Below the pieces are notes generated by a model that made no database searches, was not told the origin of the DNA, and saw nothing but the letters and a program-made list of their open reading frames with translations. Positions 49,848-60,644 of a DNA stretch of 64,000 nt are shown here, piece after piece (positions within the stretch are counted from its first letter, which is position 1; each line of letters opens with the position of its first letter). This DNA is from Deltaproteobacteria bacterium (GTDB taxonomy: Bacteria > Bdellovibrionota > JAJCYS01), in assembly GCA_029262815.1 (NCBI GenBank), contig JAJCYS010000016.1, positions 411-64,410 on the forward strand, in the 5' to 3' direction. The position numbers and the translations under genes are program-made.

Positions 49848-52196
49848 TTATAAGTATTTAGAAATTAAGGACTTTTTGTTTTTTCGTATACCGTCCGGTG
49901 TTCCCTGGGAGATCAATTCCCCCCCTTCTGGACCTCCACCCGGCCCTAGCTCCACAATATGTTGAGCCTGAGAGATAACATCTGTTTGATGCTCAATCAC
50001 AAACACGCTATTCCCATGTGCAATCAGCCGAGCGAACAACTTGAGAAGAAATTGAATATCATAAGAAGACAACCCTGTCGTCGGTTCGTCCAAACAATAA
50101 ATGTGACCCTGCGCTTTCCGTTTAGATAGTTCATAGATCAATTTAACCCGTTGTGCCTCACCACCCGATAAGGTTGAAGTCGGCTGCCCTAATGTTAAAT
50201 AACCAAGCCCAAGATCCAAACATAAGCGCAGGGGGGAAAATATTTTGGGATAGGGTTGAAAAAATGTAGCGGCCTCTTCAACCGTCAAATCTAAAACCTC
50301 AGATATGGTTTTATCTTTGTACCGTACACGCAATAAAAAATCTGTAAAGCGCCTGCCATGACAAATCTGACACGGCATTTTGGCTTGAGGTAAAAAATTG
50401 AGTTCAAATCGCTCCATCCCTGTGCCCAAACATTGCGGACATCGGAATGGACTGGTATTAAACGAAAAATCCCTAGCTGTCAGACCGCGGATACGCGAAG
50501 AGGGTGAAGCTGCAAACAAGGCTCGGATTAATTGATATATTTCAAAATAAGTCACCACTGCACTTCGAGAACTTTTCCCGATTGGGTCTTGGGTTACCCA
50601 GTACACGTTGTGATCTCTTTTTTGTAACTCTGGTAGTACAATCTCGAACAGTAGAGTACTCTTCCCGCTTCCGCTTACGCCCGAAAAAACAACCAGTTTT
50701 TCTAACGGTAAAGTCAATTTTGAAATTTGCACATTTCGTTTTGAGATATCGGACAAGGTAACTGATTTTTCACTTGATGATTCAGGGATATCTATTCGAG
50801 GACCTTCCATTTTAAAATAAGCATGCGTCTTCGAATTTTTAACTGATTTTCGCTTAACAAATCGATCCGTTGTCCCAGAATATACAACCGTACCGCCATG
50901 CAACCCACCACCCGGGCCCAATTCAACTAAATAGCTGGTCGTTTTCAGAAAAGATATATCGTGTTCAATCACAATAACCGTATTATTTTGGGCCAACGCT
51001 TTAAGCTGTGCAACAAGAGCATGTGTGTTTTGAGGGTGCAACCCGATGCTAGGTTCATCAAATAGATAGAGCATCCCAGAGGTCGTTTGATTAATTTGAC
51101 TACCAATTCGAAGACGCTGTGTTTCGCCTCCCGATAATGTGTCTGCACTTCGACACATCGGCAAATATCCTAATCCTAGCTTATTCAGGACTGACAGCTT
51201 CCCTACCAATTGAGACAGCATCACCTGCTCAACATCACTCCCGCCAATCTTTTTACCAAACATCTCATAAACATCACTTAAGATAGCAGAACTCGCTTCT
51301 TTGAAGGCAATCCCATGATAGGACACTTGTCCATAAGTTGGATGTATACGACTGCCTTGACAAGTCTGACAGGTTTCATCACCCACACCCTCACAGGTGG
51401 GACATCTGCCAAACGGGTTATTAAAAGAAAAATGATGCGGTTCATAATATCGATCTTGTTTCGCAAATGCTGTCTCAGCATTACCCGTACGACACAATAG
51501 CGCTCGACCTTGAAGTGTCTGAAGATGCGTTTCATAACCTTTCAGTTTTTGATCTGAAATGCCATGGTCAGGATTCACCCGGTCGATCATGACTGCCACT
51601 CGATGCTTTTTTCTGGCATCCAAGCTCAGATCAGACGTCAATGTAAGTTGTTCACCATCAACCCAAACGTACACAAACCCAAGTTTCAACAGCTTTTGAA
51701 AGACAATGTGAAAAGTCCCTTTTTTCTGCTCTTCAAGTAACACACCTATTTCGGTTCGTTTAGACTGGCCGCTCAACTGAGATACAAAAGCGGGTAGATT
51801 ACGAATGGATAGAGCCTGTTGATCAATGCCAGAAGCTCCAAATCGGGCATACAATAGCCTCAAGTAATCGAGCACTTCCGAAACAGTACCCACGGTACTT
51901 CTCTTCGATCCAATACGTGTTTTCTGGTCTATCGAGATGCTGGGCCTCAGATATGAAATACGCTTCACCTTTGCAGGGGATTGAATTCGCATATAACTCT
52001 TTGAGTATAAAGATAAACTCTCAAAGTAAAGTCGCTGACTTTCTGTAAACAAGGTGTCCTGAACTAATGAACTTTTACCCGATCCACTGGGTCCCGTAAT
52101 ACCAATAAGTGTATTGTGAGGAAGTGATAGGTCTACATGCTTTAGATTGTGCTCATGTGCACCCAAAATAACAAGGTGGCTAGCGTCACGTTTCAT
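49848..52196 (-). CDS. uvrA: Excinuclease ABC subunit A, shortened
   Basis: GAHEHNLK, GPSGSGKSSL, LSGGETQR, DEPSIGLH; second NBD GVSGSGKST, LSGGEAQR, DEPTTGL. Confidence 0.9.
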   Translation of the reverse strand: MKRDASHLVILGAHEHNLKHVDLSLPHNTLIGITGPSGSGKSSLVQDTLFTESQRLYFESLSLYSKSYMRIQSPAKVKRISYLRPSISIDQKTRIGSKRSTVGTVSEVLDYLRLLYARFGASGIDQQALSIRNLPAFVSQLSGQSKRTEIGVLLEEQKKGTFHIVFQKLLKLGFVYVWVDGEQLTLTSDLSLDARKKHRVAVMIDRVNPDHGISDQKLKGYETHLQTLQGRALLCRTGNAETAFAKQDRYYEPHHFSFNNPFGRCPTCEGVGDETCQTCQGSRIHPTYGQVSYHGIAFKEASSAILSDVYEMFGKKIGGSDVEQVMLSQLVGKLSVLNKLGLGYLPMCRSADTLSGGETQRLRIGSQINQTTSGMLYLFDEPSIGLHPQNTHALVAQLKALAQNNTVIVIEHDISFLKTTSYLVELGPGGGLHGGTVVYSGTTDRFVKRKSVKNSKTHAYFKMEGPRIDIPESSSEKSVTLSDISKRNVQISKLTLPLEKLVVFSGVSGSGKSTLLFEIVLPELQKRDHNVYWVTQDPIGKSSRSAVVTYFEIYQLIRALFAASPSSRIRGLTARDFSFNTSPFRCPQCLGTGMERFELNFLPQAKMPCQICHGRRFTDFLLRVRYKDKTISEVLDLTVEEAATFFQPYPKIFSPLRLCLDLGLGYLTLGQPTSTLSGGEAQRVKLIYELSKRKAQGHIYCLDEPTTGLSSYDIQFLLKLFARLIAHGNSVFVIEHQTDVISQAQHIVELGPGGGPEGGELISQGTPDGIRKNKKSLISKYL

Positions 52197-53575
52197 GATT
52201 CTATATGTGCTTTGACTAATTCTGTAATTTCTTGTTTTATATCTTCACATGCAGATTGTGTTTCGCCCTCAAATCGCAAGACAAGAACAGGTGTCGTGTT
52301 TGAAACTCGAATCAATGCCCAACGGTCAGGCCATTCTAACCGAATGCCATCTACTGTAATCAAATTTGCTTCAGGATATTTCTCAGAACACACTGTCGTA
52401 AGTTCTGACACAACGCGATGTTTTTGATCGTCAGCACAAGGCACATGAATTTCGGGCGTAAATGAGGTTTGAGGTAATGCATCACACCACCTTTGAAGAT
52501 CTATGTCTAACGATTCTAGCAATTGAATAAGCCGAAGCGTGACATAAATACCATCATCAAATCCAAAAAAATTATCTTTATAAAAAATATGCCCGCTCAT
52601 TTCTCCCGCAAGTGGGCAATTGGGTGTCCTGTTTAATCGAGCTTTGATCAAAGAGTGGCCCGTTTTATACATTTCAGGGCTTGCCCCCATTTGCTTAGCA
52701 CGTTCAAAAAATATTTTTGAAGATTTTACATCCGCAATGATCGTGGGGTTTTTGTATTTTCTAACCATTTCCTCAGTTAGGAGGAGCAAAATTGTATCCC
52801 CATACAACAATTGTCCTTTTGGCGTCACGACACCAATCCGATCTGCATCTCCGTCGTAACCCACGCCAAACTCATAATCATGAGTGCCGCCCTTTAGCGT
52901 TGAAATGACTTCCTTTAAATTTTCCTCTTTGGTTGGATCTGATGGATGATTTGGAAAACGTCCATCCACTTCTTCATACAATATTTTGGTATCAAATCCA
53001 AATGTGTCAAAAACTTCCCGAACCACTTTACCTGCCATACCGTTCCCACAGTCGACAATAAATTTATGCGGATTTTTATAAGACACATTTTCTTTTAAAT
53101 AGGCGATGTAAGTCGGCACTACATCCACGGGACTGATTTTCCCAGATCGATTTGTCTCTGTTTTTGGCAGTCCTTCATCAATTTGCTGCCGAAGTGTTTG
53201 AATCATTTCGCCATATAGAGGTTGAGTTTGAACCACAAATTTGAATCCGTTATAAGATTTTGGGTTATGGCTTGCCGTAACCATAATAGCGTTAGGGGAC
53301 CATTGACTTTGAAAGCAACTGAAATAAGCTATTGGAGTTGTCACTTCACCTAGATCAAACACATCAATCCCTGATTGAGCCAAGCCATCGATCAGTAATT
53401 GATGGTATCTAGGACTGGTGAGTCGTCCGTCTCGCCCGATGCAGCAGGATGTCTCTCCCTTTCCTTTTAAATAAAGGGCATAGGAAATCGCGAGTTCACC
53501 CACAAACACATCGTCAAAACACTCATCGGTTACACCCCGAATATCATAGACTCTAAAAATATGTGATTTATGCAT
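52193..53575 (-). CDS. Phosphomannomutase/phosphoglucomutase
   Basis: FRVYDIRG, TASHNP, DGDADR, GEMSGH. Confidence 0.93.
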   Translation of the reverse strand: MHKSHIFRVYDIRGVTDECFDDVFVGELAISYALYLKGKGETSCCIGRDGRLTSPRYHQLLIDGLAQSGIDVFDLGEVTTPIAYFSCFQSQWSPNAIMVTASHNPKSYNGFKFVVQTQPLYGEMIQTLRQQIDEGLPKTETNRSGKISPVDVVPTYIAYLKENVSYKNPHKFIVDCGNGMAGKVVREVFDTFGFDTKILYEEVDGRFPNHPSDPTKEENLKEVISTLKGGTHDYEFGVGYDGDADRIGVVTPKGQLLYGDTILLLLTEEMVRKYKNPTIIADVKSSKIFFERAKQMGASPEMYKTGHSLIKARLNRTPNCPLAGEMSGHIFYKDNFFGFDDGIYVTLRLIQLLESLDIDLQRWCDALPQTSFTPEIHVPCADDQKHRVVSELTTVCSEKYPEANLITVDGIRLEWPDRWALIRVSNTTPVLVLRFEGETQSACEDIKQEITELVKAHIES

Positions 53576-54464
53576 GCGTAGCTCCTGCGCTCTCACTATT
53601 CAATAAATAAGCCCACTCCAATGCGCGCAAAAAATTAGTTTCATTCACATCCTGTTCTAAAGTACCCACACCGTGATCAACACTGACCCTAATAAAAGGC
53701 AACCCTAATGTCACATTTACTGATTGCCAAAATTTTGTTCCCTTTATGAAGGGTAACGACTGATCATGATACAACGATATAGCACCGTCCCAATTATTTT
53801 TCTCATATTCAAAAAATAACGTATCAGCTGATACTGGACCTACAATAGAAAGCATTGAGTGATCATTCAACTGCTGTATAGCAGGGACAATAATTTGTAC
53901 ATCTTCTGAATCAGCGTAATTATCAACTAAGGGGTGTGGATTAAGACCGCACAACCCTAATGTTATTGTTTCTTTTTGAAGCCTCTTTTTTAAAAATGAT
54001 GCAAATAGACTCACTTTCTGAACAATTAATTCAGTCGTCAATCGATTAGGTACTTCACGAAGTGGAATATGCTGCGTCATGAGCGCAACTCGGTGATGTG
54101 TATTTAAAAAAGCCATACACACATTTGACTGAAAGTAATCTGCCAATATTTCAGTATGACCTAATATAGGTTCATCGATGTCTTTGCCTTGACCATAGGA
54201 TTGGAACTCAGATTTACGAACAGGGCCCGTTACAAAAACCTGATGATGCTTCTCTTTCAATCTACTACAAGCCGACAACAACGCTTTTAATGAATTATTC
54301 GAAGCCACATTTTCCCACAAGACAGCTTCAGGGATTGGGATAGGGGGAGGGCATGTGCCATACACTTGGACGAGATGGGGTGATGAAAAACAATGGAGTG
54401 CCTTTGCTAATGCGAGTGGCCCTACACCATCACCTGATCCAGTTGTAACAGCTACCGGCTTCAT
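53568..54464 (-). CDS. pdxA: 4-hydroxythreonine-4-phosphate dehydrogenase
   Basis: GHTEIL, HIPL, GLNPH, ADTLF, YHDQ, NVTLGLPFIRVSVDHG. Confidence 0.85.
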   Translation of the reverse strand: MKPVAVTTGSGDGVGPLALAKALHCFSSPHLVQVYGTCPPPIPIPEAVLWENVASNNSLKALLSACSRLKEKHHQVFVTGPVRKSEFQSYGQGKDIDEPILGHTEILADYFQSNVCMAFLNTHHRVALMTQHIPLREVPNRLTTELIVQKVSLFASFLKKRLQKETITLGLCGLNPHPLVDNYADSEDVQIIVPAIQQLNDHSMLSIVGPVSADTLFFEYEKNNWDGAISLYHDQSLPFIKGTKFWQSVNVTLGLPFIRVSVDHGVGTLEQDVNETNFLRALEWAYLLNSESAGATHA

Positions 54465-55403
54465 TTAGATTGAGGCATGAGGAATACGCTCAACTTTCAA
54501 GTTAAAGAGTTCACCACGAACCCATTCTTCTAGGTGACGACGTCGAGCTTCTTGGATTAATTTAGCACGCGTTTCTAACAAAGACTTTTCGTACTCCTCA
54601 GTCCCAGAGCGACTCCGAACGGTTTTATCGTCGATTTTGATAACTGCAAATTTTTTATTAATCTGAATAATAGGGGTGACATATCCTCTTGGTTTTTTCT
54701 GAACATATCTCACAACATCTTCAGAAAGCTCAGACATGTACTTTTCATCAATCGCAGGTGTATTCTCAAATTTAAAAGTGCTAAATTGGATTTTTCTTGT
54801 TTTCAAATCAAATTTACGCCAATCAACAACTTCTTCAGGCGATAAAAAAACAAATCTGATTTTATAAAATATTTCAGGCGGTAATCGAGCTTCTACTTCA
54901 CCTTTAACCTGGTTATCGTCGATACTAATATCTCGATAAACCCGTGCCATCAAAAAACGTCCCCTAGCCAAACGTTTAGCCACAGTTTTTTGATACCCTT
55001 CATACGTCATACCTTCTTGTTCAAGCATTTTGAGCAAACGCTCTCGCTTAAGACCTGTACGCGTAATAAAAGACTCCACCTCTCCAGTCCCGACAGAGCT
55101 TGTCGCACCAGCAGCTTTCATGCCAATTGAAATTAATTTTTCTTCAGTCAAAAAATTCATTAGATCATCATCGCTGGGCGTTGCCCCCAAATCAATACCA
55201 TAAAGTGCTTTTAACTTCCCTGGTACTTTTGATTGTTCACGAATTTTTTGAAGATCACGATACGTGATAAAATCTGGACCTACATTCGCAATGATCCCAT
55301 CTACAAGTTCCCCTGTTGGGGGGGCACCCATACTGATAATCGGACTCGTAAAGAGTATTGCGGCCAAGGCACATCCATTCATACACTTTTTTATTGTTTT
55401 CAT
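54465..55403 (-). CDS. SurA-like periplasmic chaperone
   Basis: VDGIIANVG..IT SurA N-domain; upstream of pdxA as in surA-pdxA operons; start at MKTIKK (55403). Confidence 0.65.
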   Translation of the reverse strand: MKTIKKCMNGCALAAILFTSPIISMGAPPTGELVDGIIANVGPDFITYRDLQKIREQSKVPGKLKALYGIDLGATPSDDDLMNFLTEEKLISIGMKAAGATSSVGTGEVESFITRTGLKRERLLKMLEQEGMTYEGYQKTVAKRLARGRFLMARVYRDISIDDNQVKGEVEARLPPEIFYKIRFVFLSPEEVVDWRKFDLKTRKIQFSTFKFENTPAIDEKYMSELSEDVVRYVQKKPRGYVTPIIQINKKFAVIKIDDKTVRSRSGTEEYEKSLLETRAKLIQEARRRHLEEWVRGELFNLKVERIPHASI

Positions 55404-56914
55404 ATTTGCCCCATTCCTAAAACAATTTCTGTCACCCATGATATCCATTTGTGCGGGGTCAGTCCAAGCACTAAGGTCATCACCATACAAAACCATACCA
55501 CAACGTCACCTGCGATCGCCCGTTTGGTAAAGTGGTGGGGCGAAGATGCAGATTTAAAAAATGCATTTAAAGGTATCCGAAAGTAGTAATACAGAGATAA
55601 TAGGCTACCCAAGACAGCTACCAATGTAAGGCCTACTGCACCATTTTCAACCGCAGTTGAAAAGACAAGGTATTTACCCACAAAACCAGCAGATACAGGA
55701 ATACCGGCTAACGAGATCATAAAAACAAGCCATTTAAATGCCAGATCAGGTCGCACGGCGGCAATGCCATTAAAATGGTCAAAGGTGAGCTGATCTTCAC
55801 CACACTCTGCTTCAAATTGACATAACAAAGCAAATGCGCCCAGCGTTGCTAATCCATAGGCACTCAAATAAATAAGAATAGCGCTGGTACTTTGAATCGT
55901 GAGAGATTGATTCGCTTCGAGCAATGTAAACAAACCTAATCCAAGATATCCCGCATGTGCGATGCTGCTGTAGGCAAGCATTCGTTTCACATTTTCTTGT
56001 TTAAGCGCCATAAAGTTCGCACCCACAACTGTGAGCACGATAAAAGGTCCTAAAATTCCATAAATCAGTGACTCATCAAAAGAGGTCAGTACACTTAACA
56101 CTTGCACTGCCGCCATGAAGATAGCCACTTTCACACCTACGGCCATAAATGCCGTTACTTGGCTAGGTGCTCCCTGGTAGGCGTCTGGAATATACATATG
56201 AAATGGAATGAGTCCAAATTTAAAGAATAGTCCGATGCAAAAAAATCCAACGCCCAACGACATGATATAAGGATAGACCACATCTTGAGAAGCAATCGCT
56301 ATGAAAGTATAAGATCCAGTACCCGCAAACATAAGAGCGATGCCCATTAGTAGAAACGCTGAAGCAAGTGCACCCAACAAGAAATACTTCAAAGCACCTT
56401 CTACAAACCTGGCAGCAACTTGCTTACTTGCAATCAACATATAGACACAAAGAGACATCAACTCAAGTGCGATAAACAGGACAATAAAATTGGCAGACAT
56501 GACCAAAGCAGTCATTCCCAATGCAGCAAAAAACAAAAGAGCCAAATACTCAGCTCGCCCAGAGCCAAGGATATGAAAAGGTTGTGTCATCATTACAACA
56601 GCCATACCCATCACCGAAAAAAGCAAAGCCGAAAAATGCCCATACCCGTTAACCAAAATAGATTCAGAGAAAAGATACAGCGAGCCAGAGCTGGAACATA
56701 GTAGAAAAACCGAAGCACACGCAGTGAGCCCAAAAAAAGTGACTGCAAAAACCTGTTTTAATGTAACCCATTGGTCATCCGTATGTTTTGGTAAAAACAA
56801 CTCCAAACAGAGAATGCCAAGTCCACCAAAGAGAAAACCCAAACAGGGAAGTAATCCCAACATGTCTTGCATGTTAAATTGGGTCCATTCTCGAAACAAC
56901 TCTACCGATAGCAT
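55400..56914 (-). CDS. nuoN: NADH-quinone oxidoreductase subunit N
   Basis: ALELMSL, EGALKYFLLG, FKFGLIPFH..PDAYQGAP, KRMLAYSSIAHAGY. Confidence 0.94.
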   Translation of the reverse strand: MLSVELFREWTQFNMQDMLGLLPCLGFLFGGLGILCLELFLPKHTDDQWVTLKQVFAVTFFGLTACASVFLLCSSSGSLYLFSESILVNGYGHFSALLFSVMGMAVVMMTQPFHILGSGRAEYLALLFFAALGMTALVMSANFIVLFIALELMSLCVYMLIASKQVAARFVEGALKYFLLGALASAFLLMGIALMFAGTGSYTFIAIASQDVVYPYIMSLGVGFFCIGLFFKFGLIPFHMYIPDAYQGAPSQVTAFMAVGVKVAIFMAAVQVLSVLTSFDESLIYGILGPFIVLTVVGANFMALKQENVKRMLAYSSIAHAGYLGLGLFTLLEANQSLTIQSTSAILIYLSAYGLATLGAFALLCQFEAECGEDQLTFDHFNGIAAVRPDLAFKWLVFMISLAGIPVSAGFVGKYLVFSTAVENGAVGLTLVAVLGSLLSLYYYFRIPLNAFFKSASSPHHFTKRAIAGDVVVWFCMVMTLVLGLTPHKWISWVTEIVLGMGQI

Positions 56915-56921
56915 GTCATCC

Positions 56922-58424
56922 TCACAACGAGATACGCTCCATCAACACTTTGATCGATGGCTCTATGTACTTAAAGAAAAAAGGAGAAAGCAGGCCCATA
57001 ACGAAAATCATAACCACATAAGGTGTCAAAACAATCCATTCTCGAATAGTCATATCACCATGAACTGTCTCGGACGATGGTTGGCCAAAACACACCCTGC
57101 GAAACATCCATAACATGTAAATGGCGCCTAAAATTACACCTAATCCGGCCAGAAGGCTATACCCCCACCATGAGGTGTACGCACCGAACAGGACAAAGAA
57201 TTCACCTACAAATCCAGCTGTGGTTGGCAACCCAATAGAACTCAATGTCACAATCATAAAAACAACAATTAAATAAGGCATTGTTTGAGCTAATCCGCCA
57301 AATTTTTCAATTTCACGTGTGTGGAACCGTTCATATAAACATCCCACTATCGTAAAGAGAGCGCCCGTACCAACCCCGTGAGTTAGCATTTGATACACAC
57401 TCCCCTCAAGGCCCTGTAGGTTCAATGCAAACATACCCACTATGCAAAACCCCAAGTGGCTCACAGATGAATAAGCCACTAGCTTTTTTAGATCAGGCTG
57501 AACCATCGCCACTAATGCGCCATAAATAATACCTACTATACCCAGTCCAATCATAAACGATGCATAGGTCGCTACGGCTTGCGGGAACAAGGGGAACACA
57601 AAACGAAGCATGGCATACGTCCCCATCTTAAGTAAGATGCCAGCCAATATAACACTGCCACCTGTGGGCGCCTGGACATGGGCATCAGGCAACCATGTAT
57701 GAAGTGGGAACAGAGGCACTTTAACAGCGAACGCAAGCATGAACGCGAAGAATAACAAACTTTGCATATCCCAAATTGAAAATCCGCCTGGAATCGACAA
57801 AGCATACCAATCAATGACACTCAAACTGTAAGCACCCATCTGGACTTTATATAATCCAACTAAAACAAAAATAGCTACAAGCATGACAAGACTGCCGACC
57901 AACGTATATAGGAAAAACTTGATAGCTGCGTAGATCCGATTCTCTCCACCCCAAATACCAATGATGAGCAACATGGGCAAAAGCATGACTTCCCAGAAAA
58001 TATAAAATATGAACACATCTAAAGCTACAAACGTGCCGAGCATAAATGTTTCAAGTGCCAGCACTAAAAAATAATACAAGCGATGTGCACTTTGAATAGA
58101 TTTTACGGAACACAAAATAACCAGCGGTGTCATCCATGTCGTCAAAATAAGCAACCACAAGCTAATACCATCAACACCCACAAAGTATGAAATCCCTAGC
58201 TGAGCAACCCAAGGCATTTTTTCGACGAGCTGCATCTGTCCATTGCTAGAATCAAACTGCATCAACATCACTATGCTTAAGCAGAATTCAATTAAAGCAA
58301 TGCCCAATGCCACCCACCAAGATTTTTGCGCATGTGCTTTTGGCACACAACAAATCACAAGCCCAGCCAGCAAAGGAAAAAACACGAGTATAGTCAGAAG
58401 ATGATCCATCATAACAACCACCAT
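56922..58424 (-). CDS. nuoM: NADH-quinone oxidoreductase subunit M
   Basis: GVDGIS, FYIFWE, VKVPLFPLHTWLPDAHVQAP, KKLVAYSSVSH. Confidence 0.95.
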   Translation of the reverse strand: MVVVMMDHLLTILVFFPLLAGLVICCVPKAHAQKSWWVALGIALIEFCLSIVMLMQFDSSNGQMQLVEKMPWVAQLGISYFVGVDGISLWLLILTTWMTPLVILCSVKSIQSAHRLYYFLVLALETFMLGTFVALDVFIFYIFWEVMLLPMLLIIGIWGGENRIYAAIKFFLYTLVGSLVMLVAIFVLVGLYKVQMGAYSLSVIDWYALSIPGGFSIWDMQSLLFFAFMLAFAVKVPLFPLHTWLPDAHVQAPTGGSVILAGILLKMGTYAMLRFVFPLFPQAVATYASFMIGLGIVGIIYGALVAMVQPDLKKLVAYSSVSHLGFCIVGMFALNLQGLEGSVYQMLTHGVGTGALFTIVGCLYERFHTREIEKFGGLAQTMPYLIVVFMIVTLSSIGLPTTAGFVGEFFVLFGAYTSWWGYSLLAGLGVILGAIYMLWMFRRVCFGQPSSETVHGDMTIREWIVLTPYVVMIFVMGLLSPFFFKYIEPSIKVLMERISL

Positions 58425-60316
58425 CCACGGTTAAAAATCAAAGATAGGATAAGCAAGCCCCCTAAAATCATGAAGGCTGCATAGGTTTGAACATTGCCTG
58501 TTTGGATAATACTAATTTGAGCACTCATAAACCGTATGGCTCGCGCAACCCCATTCACAGCGCCATCAATACACTTCACATCCAATACTCGCCAAAGTAT
58601 TTTCCCGAACCCGACAACGGGGCGGACAATGACTGAATGGTACAGTTCATCTACATAAAATTTATGAAGCACCAATTGATGTAAGGGCTGAAGCGTCACA
58701 GAAATCTTCCAAGGCAATTGGGGCCGCCAAACATATAATGCATATCCTGTTGCGATCCCAGACAATGCAACACACATGGAAACAGCCGCTAACAAGGCAG
58801 CAGTCGAATCATCACCGTGTGCAGCATGAGCTTGAAATCCACTTAGAAAGCCACCGAAAATATTGTGTCCTAAAAAATGTGGAAGTCCTAAAAACCCTGC
58901 CCCAGCACTCAATATTGCCAAAACAACCAAAGGTCCTTTAACGACCCAAGACCCTTCAGAAACATGAGACTCATTACCCCCTCGATAGGAGCCTCCAAAA
59001 GTTAAGGTCATAAGCCGCGTCATATAAAATGCGGTTAAGTAAGCACCCCCTAATAAGAGAATATAAGGTCCCCAATGGTGGGCTGAGAAAACTGAAAAAA
59101 GTATTTCGTCCTTACTAAAAAAGCCTGCAAACGGCAGAATCCCAGCAAGTGCTAATGTACCCACCCACATGGTCCAGTACGTGACCGGCAATCGTTTTTT
59201 GAGACCACCCATTTTTTTCATATCTTGTTCATGATGCAACGCAAGAATGACACTCCCGGAGCCCAAAAAGAGTAAAGCTTTAAAAAAAGCATGGGTAAAC
59301 ACATGGAACATACCGACCGCATAAGCGCCCACGCCCATCGCAGCAAACATATATCCCAACTGACTCACGGTTGAGTAAGCCAACACTTTTTTTATGTCAT
59401 TTTGCGCAATACCGATAATCGCAGCCAGTAGGGCAGTTAACGCACCGACCCACAGTACAACGGTCAGTGTGAGGGGCGCTAAGTCGAAGAACATCCCCAT
59501 TCGAGTCATCATAACCAAACCGGAAGTCACCATCGTTGCAGCATGAATAAGCGCACTCACTGGGGTGGGCCCTGCCATCGCATCAGGCAACCATACATAT
59601 AAAGGAATCTGAGCCGATTTTCCTACAGCGCCAATAAACAAGCATAGTGCTGTTAAGTTAATCAGTCCCCAGTGTGTTTCGGCAACCAGTTGCCCTGTGC
59701 CCACAATCGCCTTAATTTCAGTAAAGCTGACCGATTGAAATAGGGCATATACACCAAAAATACCAAGGATAAAACCGAGATCACCAATCCGATTGACAAC
59801 AAATGCTTTCATCCCAGCAACCGCGTTCGGCATGTGTGTATATCCATACCCAATCAGAAGATAGCTACACAATCCGACCCCTTCCCAGCCAATAAACATC
59901 ATGGGCAGGCTTGCGCCAAAAACTAGAACAAGCATGGCAAAGATGAACAGGTTTAAGTATCCAAAAAATCGATACGGCGTCTTGTCATCGTACATGTACC
60001 CGATGGCAAAAATATGGATGAGTCCACCCACACCCGTTACAACCAGTCCCATCAAAATAGACAGTTCATCAATCAAAAACTCAAACGGCACATGCAACGT
60101 TCCACTCTTAAGCCATGTAAAAGCGGTTACAACGATTGGCTCTTTGCCGAGTTGGCTGAATAAAGCTAATAAGCAGACAAAGGGAATTAGGACGGCCAAT
60201 GAAGCTATCCCACCTGCGTATTTTGGGTTTTTAGGACGCCACACCAGACCTACAACGCCTGATGTGATGAGAGGTAAAAACAATGCCAGAAAAAAAATCA
60301 GATCTTGCCCCATCAT
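58409..60316 (-). CDS. nuoL: NADH-quinone oxidoreductase subunit L
   Basis: GWEGVGLCSYLLIG, GKSAQIPLYVWLPDAMAGPTPVSALIHAATMV. Confidence 0.96.
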   Translation of the reverse strand: MMGQDLIFFLALFLPLITSGVVGLVWRPKNPKYAGGIASLAVLIPFVCLLALFSQLGKEPIVVTAFTWLKSGTLHVPFEFLIDELSILMGLVVTGVGGLIHIFAIGYMYDDKTPYRFFGYLNLFIFAMLVLVFGASLPMMFIGWEGVGLCSYLLIGYGYTHMPNAVAGMKAFVVNRIGDLGFILGIFGVYALFQSVSFTEIKAIVGTGQLVAETHWGLINLTALCLFIGAVGKSAQIPLYVWLPDAMAGPTPVSALIHAATMVTSGLVMMTRMGMFFDLAPLTLTVVLWVGALTALLAAIIGIAQNDIKKVLAYSTVSQLGYMFAAMGVGAYAVGMFHVFTHAFFKALLFLGSGSVILALHHEQDMKKMGGLKKRLPVTYWTMWVGTLALAGILPFAGFFSKDEILFSVFSAHHWGPYILLLGGAYLTAFYMTRLMTLTFGGSYRGGNESHVSEGSWVVKGPLVVLAILSAGAGFLGLPHFLGHNIFGGFLSGFQAHAAHGDDSTAALLAAVSMCVALSGIATGYALYVWRPQLPWKISVTLQPLHQLVLHKFYVDELYHSVIVRPVVGFGKILWRVLDVKCIDGAVNGVARAIRFMSAQISIIQTGNVQTYAAFMILGGLLILSLIFNRGWWLL

Positions 60317-60320
60317 GTTT

Positions 60321-60644
60321 TTATCCTTTTAACTCAAAATGTTGATCCGTAAAAATATTTTCTGTTTTACGGTAAAGCAAAATCAAAATACTGAGTCCTA
60401 CTGCTGCTTCGGCAGCTGCAATAGTCATAGAAAAAACAACAGCAATTTGTGCATCCAAGACTTGATAGACACTCGAAAATGCAACAAAAACCATGTTTGC
60501 AGCATTTAACATCAGCTCGATACACATAAACACAATCAGAAGGTTACGCCTTAACAAGACACCCAGAAACCCGATCACAAATAAACAGAGTGCGGTGCAG
60601 AGGGTAACATGCACTAGCATTGAATCACTCATTTCAAGAGACAC
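60321..60644 (-). CDS. nuoK: NADH-quinone oxidoreductase subunit K
   Basis: RRNLL..MCIELMLNAAN..AAAEAAVGL. Confidence 0.95.
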   Translation of the reverse strand: MSLEMSDSMLVHVTLCTALCLFVIGFLGVLLRRNLLIVFMCIELMLNAANMVFVAFSSVYQVLDAQIAVVFSMTIAAAEAAVGLSILILLYRKTENIFTDQHFELKG

